Shown here piece after piece: positions 16,558-24,734 of a stretch of DNA of 55,160 bases; position 1 is the stretch's first letter; each line of letters opens with the position of its first letter. The notes beneath the pieces are model-generated. The model was not told where the DNA came from. It saw only the letters and a list, made by a program, of their open reading frames with translations, and ran no database searches. Location of the stretch: NCBI GenBank assembly GCA_964449955.1, contig CAYVBS010000002.1, positions 1 to 55,160 of the forward strand, in the 5' to 3' direction. This DNA comes from an uncultured Candidatus Saccharibacteria bacterium (GTDB lineage: Bacteria > Patescibacteriota > Dojkabacteria > SC72). Position numbers and translations under genes: made by a program.

Positions 16558-17250
16558 TCATTCAAATATTGCTTCAAAGTACTGATTTTTAACTATACTT
16601 TTATAGGTATCGTTACTTATTTCCTTTATATAAGGGCATTTAGTTGTATCTTTCCCTAGGAGACCAGTTGCACAGTAATTAATTATTACTAAGTTCTCCC
16701 AAGCGTCAGAAAACACTTCCTCTTTTTTTATATTTGAAAAAGCACTTACAATATCTTCATAAACTGAAGGACTTCTGTATTGAGGATTGTTGTATAGATA
16801 ATCTACCTCTGCATTAATATAATCAGAAAGAACTTTTGACGAAGGTAAAAGATGTACAGCCTTTCTATAAAATTTTATAGCAAAGTCCAAACCTTTCTCT
16901 TCCTTCAAGCCTACTAGTAGGTTTAAGATATTACTCTCTAAGGCAATCTCGTGGAATAAATAGGACAGTAACTGTTTATAATGTTTTTGTTGCTTACTGA
17001 CATCTACCCCTTTCTCTGCTTTTACCTTTTTAACATCTTCTTCTGTAAGATCCGATGCATAAATTGTTCCCAAGACTAGTGACTGAATACATATCTGAGG
17101 ATTGAATAGCTCTGTTATATAAAAAGGAAGTAGAATTATCTCATCAACTGGAAAGTCTTCTTCTGCTCCCCACAACTCCCGGATTTTCTCTTTGGGAAAC
17201 CAATACAGTCCCTCCTCTAGCTTATCTAATTTATATACTTTTGAGATCAT
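16558..17250 (-). CDS. hypothetical protein
   Basis: 230-aa ORF; no motif recognised. Confidence 0.45.
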   Translation of the reverse strand: MISKVYKLDKLEEGLYWFPKEKIRELWGAEEDFPVDEIILLPFYITELFNPQICIQSLVLGTIYASDLTEEDVKKVKAEKGVDVSKQQKHYKQLLSYLFHEIALESNILNLLVGLKEEKGLDFAIKFYRKAVHLLPSSKVLSDYINAEVDYLYNNPQYRSPSVYEDIVSAFSNIKKEEVFSDAWENLVIINYCATGLLGKDTTKCPYIKEISNDTYKSIVKNQYFEAIFE

Positions 17251-17271
17251 CGAAACTTTATAAGAAATAAA

Positions 17272-17733
17272 CTAGGTTATAGCAAAAATTATATTTATCA
17301 CTGAAAGGATTACAGCTATTAGACCAACAGTGTATACAATCATTTTGAAATCTCTTCTTTCGTGGAGAAAAAGCCCCTTCTCTTTCCAACAGAAGTTATT
17401 GTCTTTATCAAAATAGAAAATATATTCTTCCTTGTTTACTTCAAATGTTTTTACAAATGAGTGTTTATCAACAAAAACAGTACCATCTGTATATGTCTTG
17501 TCTGTTTCTTTTAAATGCTCTAATGCGTCAGAAAAGCTTACAATTTTTTCTTTTGGAAGCTGCCTGTCTAGGTACTTATATAAAAGAGCCCCGAAAACAA
17601 GAGTTACAAAGAATAGTGCAAATTGTATTTTAGATGGGTATGCATCAGTCAATAGGAAAAATATGATGAGATATCCAAAGCTCAATATGATTTCAATCAC
17701 TTTATCTAGCTTTTGAGATGTTTTACTTTTCAT
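17272..17733 (-). CDS. hypothetical membrane protein
   Basis: 153 aa with two N-terminal and one C-terminal hydrophobic span. Confidence 0.45.
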   Translation of the reverse strand: MKSKTSQKLDKVIEIILSFGYLIIFFLLTDAYPSKIQFALFFVTLVFGALLYKYLDRQLPKEKIVSFSDALEHLKETDKTYTDGTVFVDKHSFVKTFEVNKEEYIFYFDKDNNFCWKEKGLFLHERRDFKMIVYTVGLIAVILSVINIIFAIT

Positions 17734-17945
17734 TGGTATGTTGAAAATGAGAATTAATAGCGAGACCCAGTTTCAACAGTTTTTGTGGGATAGGTAGATA
17801 AGGGACTATTTGCTTAGAAGTTATTGTTCTTATTAACTTGTTCAAGAGGGTCATAGCAAACAAGTGTAATTTAAATATTGGCATATTATAAACAATTTTT
17901 ACTTTTTTCTAAAGTATAACTACTATTTGATATAATTCTTCAATA

Positions 17946-18356
17946 ATGACCCTAGACGAACTAAAGAAAAACTTTTTACTAAGTGAAAGGCTGCCTAGTG
18001 AAGAAGAGTACAAAAAGAATAAGTACTCTTCTACTCAACTAGTAATCATTGAAGGCAAAGCTTATTGGCTAATTTTCCGAACTAGATTAGAAAGAATCAT
18101 GTATGAATATCTGGAGAACTCCAATAACTACAAAGCTAAAGAGAGTTTATTTGGGATAGGAATAAAGAAGGGATATGCCTATGTTAGTAAACAATCATTA
18201 CCCTTTTTTATACAACTAGTCCTACCTCAGAAGTGGGTTATAGAAGATAGAAACATTAAAAGAGAGTTATCCATAGTGGTTACCAATGGAGATAATCCTA
18301 ATAAGAACCTGTTACATGAGTTGTATTCAAAGACTAGAGATTTAAAAATTAGTTAA
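17946..18356 (+). CDS. hypothetical protein upstream of the recombinase (candidate accessory/directionality factor, speculative)
   Basis: 136-aa ORF, co-directional with the recombinase and 25 nt upstream of it. Its stop codon lies inside the inverted 14-nt arm copy. Confidence 0.4.
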   Translation: MTLDELKKNFLLSERLPSEEEYKKNKYSSTQLVIIEGKAYWLIFRTRLERIMYEYLENSNNYKAKESLFGIGIKKGYAYVSKQSLPFFIQLVLPQKWVIEDRNIKRELSIVVTNGDNPNKNLLHELYSKTRDLKIS

Positions 18357-18366
18357 GTTCCATGCA
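18353..18366 (+). repeat. inverted 14-nt copy of the second att arm (TTAAGTTCCATGCA)
   Basis: Exact reverse complement of TGCATGGAACTTAA found in S3 and S6. It sits 16 nt upstream of the recombinase ATG and has no adjacent core. Confidence 0.6.
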
Positions 18367-18381
18367 GTACCTTCCTATTTA

Positions 18382-20175
18382 ATGGATGAGCAAAATCGAA
18401 AGAAAAAAGTAGCACTATACATAAGGGTTTCGACTGATGAACAAGCTGATATGTATGGAGTGGATTTGCAAAGAAGTGCATTGATGGGGCTAATTGCTTC
18501 TAAAGGGCATAATCTTGAATTTGCTGGAGATCAGTATGTGTATATTGATGAAGGTGTTAGTGGAACAGTAGTACCAGCAGAAAGGCCAGCATTTAGAAGA
18601 TTAATGGAAGACATTTCAAGGTCCTCTACTCGACCATTTGATGTTGTGGCTGTATACAAAATTGATAGATTTGCCAGGAGACTTAAGGTCTTGTTGGATA
18701 TATTAGATATTTTTGATAAAGGCGAGGAGAAAATCGAGTTTCTTTCTGCAAATGAAAGTATAGATACATCTACTCCTTTTGGAAGAGCTATGCTTGGGAT
18801 AATTGGAGTAATTGCAGAACTTGAATTAGAGAATATCAAGGAAAGAACTAGTGATGGTCGGCAATCATCTGCTGAGAAAGGTACATATATGAATATTCCC
18901 CCACTTGGATATGTTAAGGGAATAGATGGGAAGATAGTTGTTCAAGAAGAAGAGAGCAAAGTTGTACAACTAATATTCAACATGTATGTTCTTGAAGGAA
19001 GAGGTGTTCAGGATATTGCAAGGTATTTAAGAAACCATAAAGTAAAATCACCTCAGACATTTAGATACGAGCATAACAAAGAAAACAAGGGTAACAGAAA
19101 GTCGAGTAAAGGTGGACCATATTATTGGGATTCTTCCGCAGTAAAGGCGGTGTTACAAAATGAACTGTATATTGGGATTCAGTATTACAATAAGACTAAA
19201 AATGGCAAGAAACTACAAAAAGATCAGTGGGGAGTATATTACCATGATCAAGAATTAATCGATAAAGAGACATTTGAAAAAGCTCAGAAATATATACTAG
19301 CTGGAAGGAAAAGTTATCATGCTAGACAAAGTGATAACAGATTATACTTACTGCAAGGACTATTAAAATGTGCCAACTGTTTTGATCCAACCCTTAACGC
19401 TGAACCATATGTATGGAATGGAAGTCCCCATGTTGTCAAAAGTACAGGGAACAAGTCTTATTACTATTCTTGTAGTTCTAAACATAGCGAAAAGAAGTCG
19501 CGAAGAAAAATTGATTGTAAAGCCCTACCATTACCTGCAGAGCCTTTAGAAAAGCATGTGATTGATTTTATAAGAACTTTACTTAACAATCCTCGGGCTG
19601 TATTTAAATATCAACAAGAGCTTCAATCAAAGAAGGTGGATGTCAGAAATAAAAGAGACAAGCTCAAGATGATAAAAGAGTTAATTAACACTAATGAGAG
19701 TGCTAAGAGACGAGTACAGATAATGTATAGGGATGGTGATATATCAAGAGAACAAAAAGACAAAGAATTGAAGGAGTTAAAAGCCCAGTTGGATAGGAAC
19801 ATGAGGGAGAAGGAAGCCTTAGATACTGAATTAGCAATATACACTAATAAAGAGGAGTATTTTAAAGCTTTTGAGTTGTTCCAACAGAAATATGAAGAAG
19901 CTATGAATGAGTATATGCAAGATGGAAATAGTGAATATCTGTACAAACTAATTCATATGATGATTGAAGAAGTTATCGTATTCTCTCGACCCAAAAGAAA
20001 AACAGACAGTATTTCTGGACCCAAGAAAGAAGGGCAAATGGTTCCATATAAATTGAATATTGTTCTTAAGATACCTTCAGAAATGCTTAGCGACTTGCTT
20101 TTCTCGCTTGCTCCTGAAGCTAAGTTACAGGCAGAAAAAGATGGATGGTGGGCGATACGGGACTCGAACCTGTGA
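18382..20175 (+). CDS. large serine recombinase
   Basis: 597 aa. Resolvase catalytic domain VALYIRVSTDEQ (Ser nucleophile) ...YKIDRFARR..., a recombinase domain, a Cys-rich zinc-ribbon region (CANCFDP...YYYSCSS), and a long coiled coil. The last 30 nt overlap the tRNA-Val gene on the opposite strand. Confidence 0.9.
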   Translation: MDEQNRKKKVALYIRVSTDEQADMYGVDLQRSALMGLIASKGHNLEFAGDQYVYIDEGVSGTVVPAERPAFRRLMEDISRSSTRPFDVVAVYKIDRFARRLKVLLDILDIFDKGEEKIEFLSANESIDTSTPFGRAMLGIIGVIAELELENIKERTSDGRQSSAEKGTYMNIPPLGYVKGIDGKIVVQEEESKVVQLIFNMYVLEGRGVQDIARYLRNHKVKSPQTFRYEHNKENKGNRKSSKGGPYYWDSSAVKAVLQNELYIGIQYYNKTKNGKKLQKDQWGVYYHDQELIDKETFEKAQKYILAGRKSYHARQSDNRLYLLQGLLKCANCFDPTLNAEPYVWNGSPHVVKSTGNKSYYYSCSSKHSEKKSRRKIDCKALPLPAEPLEKHVIDFIRTLLNNPRAVFKYQQELQSKKVDVRNKRDKLKMIKELINTNESAKRRVQIMYRDGDISREQKDKELKELKAQLDRNMREKEALDTELAIYTNKEEYFKAFELFQQKYEEAMNEYMQDGNSEYLYKLIHMMIEEVIVFSRPKRKTDSISGPKKEGQMVPYKLNIVLKIPSEMLSDLLFSLAPEAKLQAEKDGWWAIRDSNL

Positions 20176-20222
20176 CCTCCACAATGTCAATGTGATGCTC
20201 TAACCAGCTGAGCTAATCGCCC
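20146..20222 (-). tRNA. tRNA-Val (anticodon GAC), CCA encoded
   Basis: Hand fold of the minus strand: GGGCGAT TA GCTC AGCTGGTTA GAGC A TCACA TTGACAT TGTGG AGGTC ACAGG TTCGAGT CCCGT ATCGCCC A CCA. The cloverleaf is regular apart from one A-C mismatch in the T stem. Confidence 0.85.
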
Positions 20223-20233
20223 TAATATTTGGT

Positions 20234-20262
20234 ATTTTATCGTTATTACAAAGAATTATCAA
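20234..20262 (-). promoter_or_regulatory. candidate sigma70-type promoter of tRNA-Val
   Basis: On the minus strand, TTGATA (20262-20257), a 17-nt spacer, then TAAAAT (20239-20234). The -10 box ends 11 nt before tRNA position 1. Confidence 0.4.
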
Positions 20263-20266
20263 CATC

Positions 20267-20626
20267 CTAATCTGTTAATAGAGAATGTATATATTCTAAA
20301 GAATCTTTCTGAAGTGATCTCTGATAATCAGTAACCTGATCCCTATTCCATACCTCTAATGTATCATTACACTCTTTTGTTCTGTATTCCTCTCTTAACA
20401 CTAAAATACTCTCTATGAATACACCCCCTACTTCTTGAGGAAGAATATTTAATATCTCTGTATTTAATCTTTTAATTGTCTCATATCTCTCCTGAGATGA
20501 TAGGGATTTTGAGGAGACAACACTATCGATGGTATATAGTGCACTGAATATACTTACAAAATCACTCATCTTCTTCTCTATATCCCTCTTCCGTTCTAAT
20601 TTTGAAGAATTCTCTTCCTCAATCAT
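20267..20626 (-). CDS. hypothetical protein
   Basis: 119-aa ORF; no motif recognised. Confidence 0.4.
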   Translation of the reverse strand: MIEEENSSKLERKRDIEKKMSDFVSIFSALYTIDSVVSSKSLSSQERYETIKRLNTEILNILPQEVGGVFIESILVLREEYRTKECNDTLEVWNRDQVTDYQRSLQKDSLEYIHSLLTD

Positions 20627-20861
20627 CCTTAACTCTTCAGATACAAATTAATTCTCTGTCTTTGTTTCTTTGCTATCTGTAAGTTCAATATTTTTTAACT
20701 ATCAGACAGCATATTTAAAGGAGACTAACTTATCTCTAAGTCTTACTAAATGACACTTATGAAATATCTGAATCTTGGGCAGAAGAAGTTCTCACAGTAG
20801 TACTCGAGGGACTATCTACTAAGTGTTTCTACTACAATTATTAAACAGAAAGGAGAATTAA

Positions 20862-21176
20862 TCAATTGCTAGTTTCTTGTTCCAAGCTCTCAATGTATCC
20901 AACTAAATCTTCCTCGCTCCAATCAACATACTCAATATCTTCTTGCATACTTGAAGGAGTTCTTGTTACTCTAACGTCTCCTACTGTAACACTACCAACA
21001 TTAAGATCCTCTGGGATGTAGTTAAAGATATACCTGTGATCATCGTGATAGACACGATTTTTAAGCTCTGGATGTTTACATAGGGCAATGTGCTGACGAC
21101 ACCCTGCTGCAAAATATATCTTACGAGCCCACTCTCTTTCTGAAGGGGAAATTGGTGTTGGATCTATGTTTTCCAT
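20862..21176 (-). CDS. hypothetical small Cys/His-containing protein downstream of clpP
   Basis: 104 aa. GCRQHIALCKH is a possible metal site. It occupies the position where clpX usually follows clpP. Confidence 0.45.
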   Translation of the reverse strand: MENIDPTPISPSEREWARKIYFAAGCRQHIALCKHPELKNRVYHDDHRYIFNYIPEDLNVGSVTVGDVRVTRTPSSMQEDIEYVDWSEEDLVGYIESLEQETSN

Positions 21177-21197
21177 GCTGGTACATGTTTAAATTAT

Positions 21198-21782
21198 CTA
21201 TCTCTTGGTTATTACCTTATCAATAAGGCCATACTCCTTAGCCTCCTGTGCAGTAAAGTACTTATCCCTATCTGCATCCTTCTCAATCTGCTTTAAAGTC
21301 TTCCCTGTCTGTTTTGCTAACATCTTGTAAAGAGTTTCCCTTGTTCTAAGAATCTCTCTTGCTTCTATCTCAATATCACTAGCCTGTCCCTGAACACCTC
21401 CAAGTGGTTGATGAATATGAATCTTACTATTAGCTAATGCTAAGCGTTTACCTTCAGCACCATGTGCAAGAAGAAAAGAACCCATTGATGCAGCTAACCC
21501 TACTGCTATTGTTGATATATCACTTTTTATATAGTTCATGGTATCAAGTATAGCCATACCTGCAGTAATATCACCCCCTGGAGAATTGATAAACATTTGA
21601 ATATCAGCATTGGGATCCTCTTTCTCTAGAAACAGTAATTGAGCAATTACCGTATTGGCCATATTAGTCTCAACTATGCCACCTACGAAGATAATTCTGT
21701 CTTTGAGTAACCTAGAATATATATCATATGCTCTCTCTCCTCCTCGCTCTTTCTCTATTACTGTTGGTATTAATATAGACAT
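21198..21782 (-). CDS. clpP: ATP-dependent Clp protease proteolytic subunit
   Basis: 194 aa. [16 protein letters not shown]..., [17 protein letters not shown] (catalytic Ser), IHQP (His). Confidence 0.95.
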   Translation of the reverse strand: MSILIPTVIEKERGGERAYDIYSRLLKDRIIFVGGIVETNMANTVIAQLLFLEKEDPNADIQMFINSPGGDITAGMAILDTMNYIKSDISTIAVGLAASMGSFLLAHGAEGKRLALANSKIHIHQPLGGVQGQASDIEIEAREILRTRETLYKMLAKQTGKTLKQIEKDADRDKYFTAQEAKEYGLIDKVITKR

Positions 21783-21799
21783 TACTTTAATGACTAATA

Positions 21800-22849
21800 T
21801 TAACTATGTGCATGTTCATCTAAGAATTTCTCTCCTAATACTTCCTTTATGAAAGCTCTATATGCCTTCTCCTTGACTTCTACACGTTTAATATATTCTT
21901 TCCACTCTTCATTTTTAAATATATTCGGATCTGCATCTGGTTGAGAAGCCTTAATACCTTCTATTCTTTTATTTAACTCATCATCTGATACAGAGATCTC
22001 TTTATCTTTGGCATACTGCGTAAGGAAAGCATCTGTTTCAAGAGCCTCTCTGGAATCCTGTAACCACAGCTCTCTCATCTTCTCAATATTAACATTGTTA
22101 GCAGTAAGGAACTGATCCATCTCGATACCTCGATTCTTCATCTCTTCAATAAAGGATTTCTCTCTTTCTCTCGCTTCATATTCTACTGCCGCTTGGGGAA
22201 CCTCAATATTAGATATCCCTATTGCACTCTTTAGAGCTTCATCTTGCTTTTTATGTAATTGCATGTGCTCTTTCTGTGTAAGAAGAGCCCCCTTTATTTT
22301 CTCTTTTAAATCACTCATACTCTTTACCTCTTTAGCATCTATAATCTTTCCTATCTCCTTTGCCCAGTCATCGTTTAACTCTTTAGCATTGGTCTTCTGA
22401 GAGCTTTTAAGCTCCTGTATTGCACTATCTACCTCTTTTTCCTCTACTTCTACTTTCTCATCTGACACCTTTACTTTCTTAAGGTTGCCCAGTTTAATTT
22501 CTGGCATTACAGTTACCTTTATTGTAAAGGTAATATCTAATCCTTCAAGAATCTTGGGAAGCTCCTTGTACTCAGGAGGTGCTACTGGTTGTAAGTTTTC
22601 CTTTGTTATGGCTGTGCTTACATAGAGAGGAGCCAGTTTCTCAAATGTTTCCATTTTAACAACCTCTTTGACCTCTTTGCTTAACATATCTGTTGGGAAC
22701 TGTCCTTTTCTGAAACCTTTAGCCTCTACATCTTTAGCATACTCCTTAAGCATTAAGTCATATGACTGCTTGAAACTATCCTTAGGTATGGTAATTGTTA
22801 ACTCTACTGTATCTTTAGAGACATCGTCTCTTTTATAGAAATCGTCCAT
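21800..22849 (-). CDS. tig: trigger factor lacking the PPIase domain
   Basis: 349 aa. Ribosome-binding signature [10 protein letters not shown]. The N-domain/linker ([19 protein letters not shown]) runs straight into C-domain-like sequence ([11 protein letters not shown]...). No FKBP-type segment is visible. Confidence 0.8.
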   Translation of the reverse strand: MDDFYKRDDVSKDTVELTITIPKDSFKQSYDLMLKEYAKDVEAKGFRKGQFPTDMLSKEVKEVVKMETFEKLAPLYVSTAITKENLQPVAPPEYKELPKILEGLDITFTIKVTVMPEIKLGNLKKVKVSDEKVEVEEKEVDSAIQELKSSQKTNAKELNDDWAKEIGKIIDAKEVKSMSDLKEKIKGALLTQKEHMQLHKKQDEALKSAIGISNIEVPQAAVEYEAREREKSFIEEMKNRGIEMDQFLTANNVNIEKMRELWLQDSREALETDAFLTQYAKDKEISVSDDELNKRIEGIKASQPDADPNIFKNEEWKEYIKRVEVKEKAYRAFIKEVLGEKFLDEHAHS

Positions 22850-22883
22850 GAAAAATGTTTTCGAATTTAAAAAGTCTTTAATT

Positions 22884-23576
22884 TTATGTGTTTTTGTATA
22901 ATTTGTCCAGTTTAGCGGTTATCACCAACCGTTTCTCTGATGTCCACAAGGGTGAGCAGGTAATTAGTGTAAGGCGGTAATCATTGTAATTCTCTAATAC
23001 GGAGACATCATTTTTTTCTACTTCTCTTACATTTGTAACAACGTACGTATATTCGCTATTGTCCTGTAATACTTCTACTTTATCACCTACTTTAACTTTA
23101 TCCAAATTAAAGAAGGTGTCCTTGCTCGGAGGTAGTTTTGCATATCTGTGTCCAATCACTACAAAGTTACCTCTTTCTCCAGGTCTCTGTGATATTGGAA
23201 AGTGCCAGAAACCTTTATTCATAGTTGTAGAGTCTGAACCTTCAAACACTTTCCCATTTACCTCTATAGACTCTATCTGTATTCTAGTGTTCTGTTGTTC
23301 GATCAGCTTTTCTTCAATTACATATCCATTATTTAAACTCTCTTCAATGCTCAAGTGTGTAGTACGTACATCTTCTACACCCAAGATCTGCTCCTTTGTA
23401 GGAGAAATGGATGTTAAAAATTGGAAGTGTACCTCTTTGGCATATCTTTCAATGTTAAATCTTTTTATAGGTCCAATGAGCTCATTGTAGTTTGGGTATA
23501 TTACAAAGTATCCCATTGGTAACAAAAGGATTGCTAAAAGACCTATGGTAATTGCTACTTTTGTATGTCTCTTCAT
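22884..23576 (-). CDS. sortase
   Basis: 230 aa. N-terminal TM anchor, VVIGHRY (His), TLITCSP (TLxTC catalytic Cys), and a downstream Arg. Confidence 0.85.
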   Translation of the reverse strand: MKRHTKVAITIGLLAILLLPMGYFVIYPNYNELIGPIKRFNIERYAKEVHFQFLTSISPTKEQILGVEDVRTTHLSIEESLNNGYVIEEKLIEQQNTRIQIESIEVNGKVFEGSDSTTMNKGFWHFPISQRPGERGNFVVIGHRYAKLPPSKDTFFNLDKVKVGDKVEVLQDNSEYTYVVTNVREVEKNDVSVLENYNDYRLTLITCSPLWTSEKRLVITAKLDKLYKNT

Positions 23577-23671
23577 ATCTTAATTCTATCAATATTTCGT
23601 TTTTCTTGCACTCTTTAAATTTTTAGTTTATGCTAGAAGTATAGAGTATATAAATTATAATATAGGTTGGA

Positions 23672-24631
23672 GTGGCGAAGAAAAAAAATAGTAAAACAAA
23701 AAGAGCTGCCCAAAAAGATGTAATTAAAAAGCAGGATAGAGAAGAAACTTCTGTTATCCAAGACGAGACCTCAATGAGAGATAAGGTAGAAGTTAAGCAT
23801 ATTGATAGAGATCGGGAAAGAATCTCTAGACTTGTGGGATCCCTATTTATCGGGATTGGTGTTTTGTTGGTTGCTTTTGGTATTTACGCATTTATTCGCT
23901 TTAGAGAGAAACCTGTATTAGATAATGAATTAGAGGCTCCTGTGTTGGAGGAAGTAACTTCTTTAACAAATGGAGAAGAGATTACGGTCAGAGGTACTGC
24001 ACAGGGATATGAAACTGTGTATGTATATGTAAATGATGAGTTTGTAAACAGTGCAAATGTTGAGGATGGGCAATTTTCATATCAACATACGGTATCTTCC
24101 CAGGGAGATCTGGCAGTAAGTGTAGCTGGTGTTAAAGGATTCCCTTCCCGTATTATCAGCCCAAGGAGTGAAACTAAGATTGCTACAGTAGACTGGACAC
24201 CTCCTTCTACTGAAGATGTAGCACTAACCTACGGCTCTGAGACAAACAAAGAAACATTTGCTTTGGTTGGAACTGCTGAGCCATCAAGTAAAGTAGTTGT
24301 TAAAAGGGGAACTGATAGCTATGAAGGAGTAGCTGATGATGGAGGAAGATTCCGAATAGGGGACATTCAACTGGATGAGGGTAGGAATGTATTCACAGTA
24401 TATATTGAGGACAAAGCCGGCAACAGAGTTGAATTGGATGAGAAGATCAGAGTAACCTACAATCCAGCGGGAGATGTAAATGGTGATGCTGTAGTTGATG
24501 GTAAAGATCTACCTCAAGCAGCAGGTGAACTAGATTTCCTAATCGGTAACAAGTTGATGATGCTATTCGGAATATTAGCCCTACTAGCATTTGCAGGAAG
24601 CTCTGGATATATGTATTACAAGAGGAAATAG
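23672..24631 (+). CDS. surface protein with Ig-like repeats, a dockerin-like Ca-binding motif and a C-terminal sorting signal
   Basis: 319 aa, GTG start. GDVNGDAVVDGKD; LPQAAG (24509-24526), then the hydrophobic stretch LMMLFGILALLAFAGSSGYMYY and the basic tail KRK. It is divergent from the sortase gene. Confidence 0.65.
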   Translation: MAKKKNSKTKRAAQKDVIKKQDREETSVIQDETSMRDKVEVKHIDRDRERISRLVGSLFIGIGVLLVAFGIYAFIRFREKPVLDNELEAPVLEEVTSLTNGEEITVRGTAQGYETVYVYVNDEFVNSANVEDGQFSYQHTVSSQGDLAVSVAGVKGFPSRIISPRSETKIATVDWTPPSTEDVALTYGSETNKETFALVGTAEPSSKVVVKRGTDSYEGVADDGGRFRIGDIQLDEGRNVFTVYIEDKAGNRVELDEKIRVTYNPAGDVNGDAVVDGKDLPQAAGELDFLIGNKLMMLFGILALLAFAGSSGYMYYKRK

Positions 24632-24632
24632 G

Positions 24633-24650
24633 GGTAACCCCGGGCTTACC
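24633..24650. repeat. palindromic GC-rich element, copy 1 (GGTAACCCCGGGCTTACC)
   Basis: Begins 2 nt after the stop of 23672-24631. Related to copy 2 at 29699-29714 over about 27 nt (ATAGGnGTAACCCCGGG.TTACCAG..TGG). Confidence 0.5.
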
Positions 24651-24691
24651 AGAGTGGTTTAGGTATGGCTTTTCTTAAAAGGATAGGGTAT

Positions 24692-24720
24692 GGAGGGAGG
24701 ATAATCTCCCTCCTTTTCTG
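24692..24720 (+). terminator. intrinsic terminator
   Basis: GGAGGGAG GATAAT CTCCCTCC followed by TTTTCTG, 60 nt after the stop at 24631. Confidence 0.7.
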
Positions 24721-24734
24721 TATAATGGTTTAGT

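Larger units (their letters stand above)
6777..20222. mobile_element. tRNA-Val-linked genomic island: tandem cassette array plus a recombinase-bearing unit
   Basis: Six direct att-like repeats sharing the tRNA 3' core, a single large serine recombinase next to the tRNA, and accessory-type gene content. See findings. Confidence 0.7.

Noticed and set aside
12017-20157. Interpreting the 8.1-kb recombinase-bearing unit as a prophage.
   Set aside because: No capsid, portal, terminase, tail, lysis or replication genes can be recognised. The content is a recombinase, a defence-like fusion protein, a surface-protein paralogue and unknowns, which fits a small integrative island better.
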